Origin: Octopus vulgaris
Lineage: Eukaryota
Length of the DNA: 64,000 nucleotides
NCBI GenBank assembly: GCA_951406725.2
Contig: OX597814.1
Coordinates: forward strand, 98,332,001 to 98,396,000
Reading direction: 5' to 3'
Both the position numbers and the translations under genes were made by a program. The notes beneath the pieces are model-generated. The model did no database searches. It was not told where the DNA came from and saw only the letters and a list, made by a program, of their open reading frames with translations. Below, in pieces: positions 54,721 through 64,000 of this stretch. The first letter of the stretch is position 1, and every line of letters starts with the position of its first letter.

Positions 54721-54904
54721 AACACACACAAAAAGTTTCCCCTTCAAACAAGGGGGGAAACGTTAACAGTTCTGCCACAAAGCAGTAGAACAAAAGTGTT
54801 TAAAAAATACGATAACAGCTAAGGTTCAACAATAAAATCCAACAATAATAGCAAGTTGTACTAATCAAAAAATATCCAAGAGTGAACGGCGTTCAAAATA
54901 CGAA

Positions 54905-56400
54905 TTACTTTTTTATTAACCACACTAGTCGAAACACGGAAGGGACAGCACAAAGACAGACAAAAACACAAAAATGGGGGGGAAAAAAATAAAATCGAAT
55001 GAAAAGGATGGTAAATAATAAATGAAAAAGCAAAATGATGACTACTCGGGCCCCATATCCCAGGTAACTTCAACCAATTACAAAAACATAGTCTTTTCAA
55101 AACAGTTATGTAACTCCACGAATTATAAAAACTAGTGCTTTCAAAATAGTTCTGTAACGGCTACATCGCTGTAATTCACTGTTGACAGTAATGCGTGAAT
55201 GTAAACCTCTTTAAACAAAGAAGCAACATCCATCCTGAATGTTTCCTTCAGTTCACTGTGGTGTTCCCTGTCAATTAGGGCACATTTCACATGCTAGGGA
55301 AATTCCTCGAGGAAAATTCCTCGACAGGAAGATTACTGGGTTTTATTTTTTCCATTTCCTCTACAAGCACAGCGTTCCTTGCATTATACATTACGATAAG
55401 GCTCATTTTTGTTTTCATTCTTTTCCTCCTTGAGGCCGTAGGGCATTCGATTTCTGCCACTTCTTCAAATTGTGCTCTTGCCTCTTCCGCATTCTCCTTT
55501 TCTGTTTTCGCAGGAGATGAGGTGCGGTTACTTTTTCGACTGGTAGGGCCACTGGTGCTATTACGGGGAGCGGATGGCATTCTGTTCTTATGTGGCCTTT
55601 CTGGCCACACTTCAAGCAACGAGACTTCATGCCTCCACTACAACCCTTAATCTTGTATCATTACCCACCAGGATGGTGTCTGCAATATTTTCCAGGTCTT
55701 CCGGGACAGCCTGAATAACCACTGCCAGACCCTGCTCTAGCCAGTTCTGATGCGGTATCTTTGTCGTTTGAAGAATAGTAATTTTCTCCTCCATTTCCAG
55801 GATTATAGCAGCCACAATCCAAGCAGCTTCGACCTCCGATGGAATTTCTTCCACCCTTACCCTGGAAGCACGTCTTCCAAGGTAAATTGGAAATAGAACT
55901 ACTTCAGCTACTTTAAGGGAGGCCATGAAGTGCTGCCTGGCCTTCTCTTCGGTTATAAGCCGCACCTCCAACGTTGCATATTTCCTTCCCCTGGCCAGAT
56001 ACGTAATGTCGAGCCAAATGGGATTTAAGCACCTTTCTACCTCCTCCTTTCAAACCCCTTCTATTTTCTTTTGTTTGATGTCAAACGTTTTAAAAATAAT
56101 CGTCTTTCTATACTTCGTGTAACGTCGTTAGGAGGGAGTCACTTTAACCTCATGCCCTTCCTTTTTCATTAGGTCTCTGTACTTCTCCAGCTTCTGCCTC
56201 TCGAAATTGATCTCTTCCTTGGAAACACCAGCCACAGCTGCAAAATCTTTCACATTTTTATCCATGTTAATAGGTTCACAATTTTCAAAATTTCTCTTTC
56301 ACGTTTAGTATATTTTTAAGGAAAGGAACGACGGAAACCAACCAGGGTCTAAACCAAACAGTATTAACACATGTAAATTATTGAGTTTGTTTTAGTTGTA
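54905..56400 (-). mobile_element. ORF1-only Tx1-related element (gag-like CCHC knuckle) with 3' tail
   Basis: TYLARGRKYATLEVRL...FPIYLGRRASRVRVEEIP...CLKCGQKGHIRTEC, then a T-rich UTR ending GTGGTTAATAAAAAAG; no ORF2. Confidence 0.7.
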
Positions 56401-56419
56401 AATTAGAATGAGCTGTCAC

Positions 56420-57330
56420 TACCTAGAACAAGCCAGCTTGATGAACAAATCGAAAGATTTGTACCAACCATTGAAACAGCTGGCCTGTGATGTACTGTGA
56501 GATAACTCTTTTGCTGACCGTAACCATGTAAATATGGCAAGAACTGTACATAGAAGGCAATAGAGTGTTTAACCAGTTCGCCACCAGCAAGTACGATGAT
56601 GTGACAGATATCGTAATTGAAAATGTGAGAAAGGCCCTAGAGGCTCAAATGATATATCAAACGAGATGCTACACAACAATGGTGAAGAGAGATGCATTTC
56701 TGTCATCGTTCTTGAAATATGACTTGACGTCTCAAAATGTCGATTGTTCATGTCTTGCTCCGTGTAAATCACCTTTCCGAGAAAAAGCAAACTTAAGAGT
56801 ATAAGAACAGCCAAACAATCACTCTCATCTATGGTATTAGTAAGGCGTTGCCACGCATCAACTTGTAACAAGTAAATTCACTTATATGAATTGAGATTCA
56901 CAGAGAAAAGGCCGGAGTTTGCAAGGAGTGGTGTAGGAACAACAAGATAACGAATATCTGTTGGATCACGGTGAAGGAACATAGTAAACAATTGAAGATG
57001 TACCTCTTTCACTGATTACGGGAAGGCATTTGACAATATCAACCACGCTGTGAAAATCTCTTCGCGATATGGGCTTGAAAATTTGTCAGAATAATCTGAA
57101 CATTACTCTTTATTCAGTACAGCAGGCTATAGTCAATACAGAGAGCAGTAAATGCAACCAGTTTGACATAGGCAAAGGTATCAAACAAATTTGCATCTTA
57201 CCAGCGGATTAGTTCAGTTTTTAAAGGGAAATGGGGATCAGTGAGAATAGTTCTGTAAAATCATGCCAGTGATGCACCAATCGGTGGTAAATGGATCAGG
57301 ACGATATGCTGATGACACCACCCTACGTAC
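56420..57330 (+). pseudogene. Decayed RTE-clade LINE RT fragment
   Basis: FTDYGKAFDNINH, FDIGKGIKQICILP and RYADDTTL. Confidence 0.8.
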
Positions 57331-57949
57331 TGCTTTCCACGTGGAATATGTGAATTAGCTGCTCCGCATACAGTGACTTGGTTATACCTTCATGACAAAG
57401 GTAATGATGGTGGGATCCAGTGAGTTCCTAGTGATTCGGCTCGACACCTAGGTGACCAAGCTGATCCAAAAATTTTAATATCTATATCAATAGCGATTGC
57501 TGCAATAGCTACAAAATCCGCCGTAGTTTGGGTATGGTTCACTCGATGGGAGACCTGTTTAAAGTGTGGAAAGATGAGAAACTATCGCGTAATGCAACGC
57601 TGCTGGTGAAGAAGTCACTGCATATTATTTTTCAGGTGCTCTCTACAGATTACAGAGATGACTGCCAAACGCTGAGCAACGAAGGCAGCTTCGAGATGTC
57701 GCATGAGCATCCTATGCATCTTCGTGATGCCGTGTTGGCTTCCTATGCTGCGGTCTCAATAGAGAGGAAGCAAAAGAGGCACAGATGTCCAAGAACAAGT
57801 AGGCAATGCTCTCAGCTTACTAATCATTTGACTATAAGTGTCACCATCAATTCAACAGTTTCGAATGAATCATATGCTTGAAACTATCCCAAGCCAGTAT
57901 CTGTGCGGGAGGCAATGTCGGTAGAAGGCTGATGGTGTTAAACAGAGAA

Positions 57950-58500
57950 TTGAAAACTATTTAAAATCTACTTGTAACTATCTGCTGAGAACCTCCTCAA
58001 GCCCATTCTAATGGCGAGGACTTCTACGATCGTTCTGATGGCGTATGAGTGGTGAGGTGGTGAAACGGACTGTGGATTCGAATCTAAAAAAATACTTAGC
58101 TTTCTTTTGATTTGAATGAAGTGACTGTAGTATAGTATGATCAGTGAACCGAGACGATATAACTGATAACTGCGACTTGGTGTAAATTGCATTATTTTGG
58201 TGTTATGAGTAAGGAAGATCTGCTTTAAAATTCACAAAGATGAATGTGCTAGCAGATTAAAATATATTCATTTCTTTCGTTTTGGTAGCGATTTGGTAGT
58301 TAATTTCCAAGACAGAAGTCACATTTCTAAGAATCATTCTCCAACGCTGGTGCTTTCTCTATTGATAATCATGTAATTCTGGCAATCTCTTTTATTTATT
58401 GATGATCTAAAGTATTTAGAAATTTTTCTGGTATTCTCCAGGTTTTGCGGGCAGTCTCATGTCTAGGTGCTGTTGTAGGCGACTTCCGAACTTATTTTCT
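57950..58500 (-). pseudogene. Possible very old R4-like fragment
   Basis: Only weak resemblance to the post-RT region seen at 26250-26460. Confidence 0.3.
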
Positions 58501-59065
58501 GTGAATCGTGTGTAGATGGCTCATGTGTTATTAGTGGGAAACTAAGCACCATATGCAATACTTTATTCCTTATACATTTGCCTCAGAGTAAAGAACTCTA
58601 TGTTTATACAATTTCACGTTATTTTTGTTATTTTGGCTTGATTGCAATCTTTGAAATTGATTAAGCTAAATTAAATTATTGAATCTACATTCTTATCCTA
58701 TTCACTTTCTAGTTGATGCAAGCCCTGCTCTTTACTAAACCCTATGCTAAATTGCTCCATCTCTGTAACTGTACTGTTGCAAAATCATCCTTCTAGAAAT
58801 CTTAAAACCCCATTTTCTCTTGGGCTACATTAGAGAGACGCATATTTTTTTTATACAAGCACCTGATAGACTGAGAATAATGGTTCACTTCGGACGCGGG
58901 GTTTGAACTCTCGTCATGGTGAGACAAAACTAAATACTTAGAAAACAAAAAAACAAAAACATGCAATATACTGATTTGCTGTTTTTGCTACTCATTCCTC
59001 TACGTTGTTGACTTAATATTAACTCTATTGGAAAGGCAGTGAGCTGGAAGAAACGTTAGCCGCCG

Positions 59066-60737
59066 TATTGTATAGTTGGTTGTTTTTACAGTTGTAATTT
59101 TTGAGTCAGTGTTTTTTAACACTTTGTAAATTGATTTTGCGCTGCTTTGCAGCGGTTTTTCCGGTAGTGCTTTCTCTCCGCTTTAATGAGAGTTAGCCAG
59201 GATATTGGCAAAAAGTAAAATGTATTACTCGGACCTTAGTGATACTGAGTTGTACTCTTCAGAGGAAGAACTGATAATGGCAGTAAAAAAAGATGGACAG
59301 AGAATTAGGTAAACAGAGCTTTGCGGAAGTGACAAAAGAAAGAAGAAAGGAGATGAACTTATCTAATATTGACAAAGACGGTTAAATGGCGCAGAGAGAG
59401 CGGTGTAACGTTGTCACCACCTAAGAAGATATTGGAAGAGATGGAAAAAAGATCGACGTGTATAAGGTATACTCAATAAAAGAAAGAAGATTGGCACATG
59501 CGAAGGAGGAGGAAATTGAAAAGGCTTTATGATCGGTAATGAAAAAGATAATATATTTAGGAGGAGGAACTTGATATGGAACTATTGTAGTCCATTTTAG
59601 GACAGAGGAAGTGGCAAGGCAACAGGCAGTGACTACGGCGAGAACAGATAAAGTGGTCCTCCTATCCATTTATCTTGGAAGAAAGACTTCCAAGATTAAG
59701 GTAGAAGGAATCCCACCATATATAGATGTGGCTTGGGTTGCGGCAACATTCCTACTCGGAAATAAGGAAGAGGTGGCTGTCATCAAGGCCACAGAAATAG
59801 AAGGAACAAAATGGAATGGCAAGACGCTAGACCTAATAGTTCAAGCGGAAGTGGAAATGCTGGAAGGACTTGTAGAAACGGTGTCGATCGGAGAGACGGT
59901 TCTAAGAGTGTGGGTGAAGGGAAGAGTCCCTCGTTGTTTTAAATATGGCCAGAAGGGCCACATTAGTGCACACTGTACCACACAGAAAGGAGCAGAAAAA
60001 GAGGGAAAGGAGCCAGAAAAAATACAGGATATATTGGAGGAAGCACAGATGAAGGAGGAAATATGGACAGTAGCTGGGAAAAAGAGAAAAAAGGACAGAA
60101 CGAGATGGAACCCCAAACCGCCCCACCCACACTCGCTCTGTCCCACTCTCTACCCGCAGACACTAAACCCACCCATTCCCCTCCTTTACAAAACAAAAAG
60201 AAAAAAGGAAGCGAACAGACATTACAGGATTTACAAAAGCCCCCTCCCTGTGAGAATTATTATGTTTGTTGACAGAGGAGGCAGAAGGGGACTTGACTTG
60301 TGAGGTTAGGAGGTAGAAAAAGGCGAAATTTGTGAATATGGAGGGATTCATAAACATTATAGGCTTGCAATTGTGTGTACTGGTAACTCAAAGCTAAAAG
60401 GATGTGATATCCAAATATATAAAAAAAGGAGTTATATATTGGAGACTGTACGCGGATATTAACAAGTTACCAGATAGTTCGAAGTACAAAGACTTAATAA
60501 AGGAGCTTGGAGTGGATATATTAAGGGACACACCTTATAAATGGTAAAGGGAAGAAATGAGGCTGCTTGGTGGGGCAAGTTGTCCATTTTCTTATTCATT
60601 TCATTGTCATCATGCATGTACATCATGTGTTTTTAATTTAATTTTTATATTTATTTATTTATCTGTGTTATTTTCGGATGTCCCCACAAGTGTTGTACTA
60701 ATAGCTGTGTTTACCCTTTATGGGAAATAGAGAAACG
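59066..60737 (+). mobile_element. ORF1-only Tx1-related element inserted in a SINE A head
   Basis: SIYLGRKTSKIKVEGIP...GRVPRCFKYGQKGHISAHC; tail CCCTTTATGGGAAATAGAGAAA; ACGTTAGCC duplicated at 59053 and 60738. Confidence 0.75.
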
Positions 60738-61015
60738 ACGTTAGCCCGCCGGGCGAAATGCTTAGCGGTATTTCGTCTGCTGTTACGTTCTGAGTTCAAA
60801 TTCCATCGATGTCGACTTTGCCTTTCATCCTTTCGGGGTCGATAAATTAAGTACTAGTTACGCACTGCGGTCGATATAATCGACTTAATCCGTTTGTCTG
60901 TCCTTGTTTGTCCTCTCTGTGTTTAGCCCCCTGTGGGTAGTAAAGAAATAGGTATTTCGTCTGCTGTTACGTTCTGAGTTCAAATTCCACCGAGGTTGAC
61001 TTTGCCTTTCATCCT
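60738..61015 (+). mobile_element. SINE family A remainder (head at 59031-59065) with a 184-bp tandem restart
   Basis: After the tail GTAAAGAAATA the body resumes at GGTATTTCGTC (60951, repeating 60767). Confidence 0.9.
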
Positions 61016-61581
61016 GACTGAATAGAAAACAAATTTGACACGAGTATTTGAACTCAGAACGTAAAGTTTCTGGTAAATCTCCATGAATTTTTAAAGTTTG
61101 TATAATATCAAACATATTTTAGATAGGCATGAGTGAGCAATTCATTTTTTGAAATTGCAGACGATGATCATTATTATTCAACTTATTGAATGATTAAACA
61201 TATCATCTAAGTACATTAGAACTATATTGTAACATGAGAGTTTGATATAATTCAATAAGATTATTCCAATAATTAACGTAGCATTAAATGTAAAAACCAA
61301 ACAGCTGAACAATCAATTCCTACAGACTACTTAAACATTGAAACCTTATAAAAAAATATATAATACACAAGTCTAACCTCACAAAATATGTTGCCTAATA
61401 TGATTGAAAAAAAAATTATTATCGTCCTCTAAGCAAATGTTGTCAAAGCTCTTTCTATGACGCTGTCGACGTGCTTGAGTAAATACATATTTTATACTCA
61501 AGGATAGCATTCGTTACTTAACTCTTAGACCAAAAATTTCCTCTCAGACCTTCCCATAGAAACGTGCTTGGAAGCGGTTCT

Positions 61582-61814
61582 TATTTCTTTATTGCCCACA
61601 ACAGGCTAAAGATGGAGGGGACAAACAAGGACAGACAAAGGGATTGAGTCGATTATATCGACCCCAGTGCGTAACTGGTACTTATTTAATCGACCCCGAA
61701 AGGATGAAAGGCAAAGTCGACCTCGGCGGAATTTGAACTCACAACGTTGCAGCAGACGAAATATCGCTAAGCATTTCGCACGGCGCGCTAACATTTCTGC
61801 CAGCTCGCCACCTT
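61582..61814 (-). mobile_element. Full-length SINE family A with ~21-bp TSD
   Basis: Flanked by AAACGTGCTTGGAAGCGGTTCT and AAATGTGCTGGAAGCGGTTCT. Confidence 0.9.
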
Positions 61815-62933
61815 AAATGTGCTGGAAGCGGTTCTACGACTCGTATTCTATTAACATAGATACACTTTAGGTTTTGTTATATCGCACCCACCTCGCATGC
61901 ACTTCCTTTTTAACCATCCGATATCTGCATGCATTATTGACATTTTGCTCTACATATGTCAAAACTCAAAACCATTCTTCAAAGCATATATAAGAGCCAA
62001 AGCAAACTACTTTCAACGGCACCGAGACACAATGAACCCCGTCTGTCGGTACTCTTGGAATCCGCATGCTACTGGCATTCGGGCCTACCTAACTGATCAA
62101 CTTCTTTTATTCTTTAATATATACCTTCTCCAAACCAGCATAAACATTTTCTAATAATTCTGGAATCATCTTGACACCATTTAGTCCTTGAACAACAACA
62201 CTATTATTTCAATCACTAATGATCTTGAGCGCAAACTTCGTCATATGGTTTTAGGGGAAAATAAAAGTGCAAATTTATTCTACAATTTTCTGTGATTTTA
62301 ACGCCAGAAGACCGTAACCAGGATTGAGAACGTAAATTGATCAACAGATTTGGCTCACCTGGAGCTTGCTTTGTGCTCCTTCCTGATGTACTGGATATGG
62401 AGCATCATTTGATTTTTCAGTAGCACATTCCTATGTAGCATAGAAAAAGCAAGATAGTTCACATCTAGTTTCTTAAATTGAAAGTAATTGTTCAAATAAT
62501 ACTTGGTCGTGTACAGTAAACAGTTAAAATAAAAATATAAAGATAAACAATGACACACGTGTAAAGCACTATGAATGAATGTTAAATACAAATGAGATTC
62601 TAGGAGTAATCTGTAAATATATATCACTATAGTACGTGCATTGAATTACGTAGGTAATTCTTGGTCCTCTCAGTATATATCAAGCAATCTGCGATAAGGA
62701 GTGGTTATAATTATACGATTTACAATTTTCTAAATAATCTCATATTTCAATGTCTTGATACTGCAAGTTAGTTAAGGAGGTGATGACATTTATGCTTACG
62801 ACTAATTTAGTTTAGAAGTTTGGTTCGAAAAGAACTTATGTTTCGGGTTTGTCTACGCGCACTTAAATGTCTGTCCGTGACTTACATTTATAGCTTTCTG
62901 TCAACTGAAAATAAAAGCTAGAAAAAATATCTG

Positions 62934-62974
<41 letters not shown>

Positions 62975-63039
62975 CCGTATCACGTCCTCGCATTGCTGTT
63001 TTTTTCTCTTTTTTTTTTCTGTGTTTTCTTGTTTGGATT

Positions 63040-63117
<78 letters not shown>

Positions 63118-63363
63118 TGTGTGTGTGTGTCTGTGCACGCACGCGTGTTTTTGTATGTATGTGGAAGTACATATATGTATATGAGTGCGTGGTTGGTGGC
63201 CGGCCCAGGATAACCTCAGTCCAATAATTAAAACAAGTAAAAGAATAAAAGAATAGCCAAAGATATTATGCGTTAAAACAAATTTTACAACTTTGAAAAT
63301 CAGAGAGTTTTTCAAGGACATCAGCACATTCAGCTTACAATCATCTTACTAAGTGTTTACCTT

Positions 63364-63990
63364 ACAGGGTGCATCAGTTTTCTTTGGGGTCATTTGCATG
63401 AATTTAGAAAAAAGGAACACAACTCATCAAAGAAAAGCTGTATTTGAAACAAATCAGTACAAATAATTTGGAGACTCCAATTCAACGAATCCACAGTTAG
63501 CTTTAATGACTGCTTCAACACGGGGTCAGAAGCGTTGACATGCCCGAATCAGATTATGTCTATCAATTTTGGACACGTGTTGGTTATACAGGACTTGAGA
63601 GATTGTATGGTGTCATAGAGGTGTTGATTGACTTGTCTCTCGACAACGCTCCATATGTAATAGTCTAGTAGGTTGCCTGGTGAGATCAGAAGCTACGTGA
63701 CTGGAAGCATGATCTTGGGCATTGGTACGCGTTCACACTTGGGTTGTCCGAGCCACATGAGACGGCGTAGAGTCTTGTTGGAAGATGTACCATCTTTCGT
63801 TGCATACTCTGTCTATCGACGGCCTCACAACTTTCTCCAGGAGTACTGTGTAGACAGCAGCGTCAACTCTTTAGTCATGTGAAAAAAAAGTTAGGAGGCA
63901 TGATATCTCTCTCGCTTCTGATAACTCAGAGAATCATCACAGTTGTTGGGAACTTAGAATGAGTGACTGTTGGGAACTTATTTGGGTCTC
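63364..63990 (-). pseudogene. Tc1/mariner-superfamily transposase fragment with a probable TIR end
   Basis: VLLEKVVRP...YIFQQDSTPSHVARTTQ and LDYYIWSVVERQVN; TACAGGGTG terminus near 63363. Confidence 0.8.
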
Positions 63991-64000
63991 TGCATAACCT

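Overview
This is AT-rich eukaryotic DNA dense in microsatellites, with no intact host protein-coding gene that I can support. The SINE families and the TA/TAA/CATA repeat load suggest a cephalopod (octopus-like) genome; that assignment is an inference. Almost everything recognisable is mobile DNA: decayed R4/Dong-type non-LTR retrotransposons, Penelope-like elements (PLEs), CR1 and RTE LINE fragments, a Tx1/L1-type LINE plus two ORF1-only relatives, and several tRNA-derived SINE families. Also present are one complete Buster-type hAT transposon (TIRs, 8-bp TSD, disrupted transposase), a TIR MITE, Helentron-like elements, Tc1/mariner fragments and a Gypsy integrase fragment. The strongest unexplained signal is non-coding: at least seven sequence families of minimal type I hammerhead-ribozyme-like motifs (stem I - CUGANGA - stem II - GAAA - palindromic stem III - UH - stem I). 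They mostly lie in long inverted repeats beside (TA)n tracts. They include a 560-bp tandem retrozyme-like unit, a U3-A8 covariant core, and a tRNA-headed element ending in a Penelope terminal sequence with a hammerhead. A second theme is a Tx1-like LINE, ORF1-only elements and a SINE that have similar 3' tails and nest in the SINE head. All folds and alignments were done by eye, and boundaries of decayed elements are approximate.
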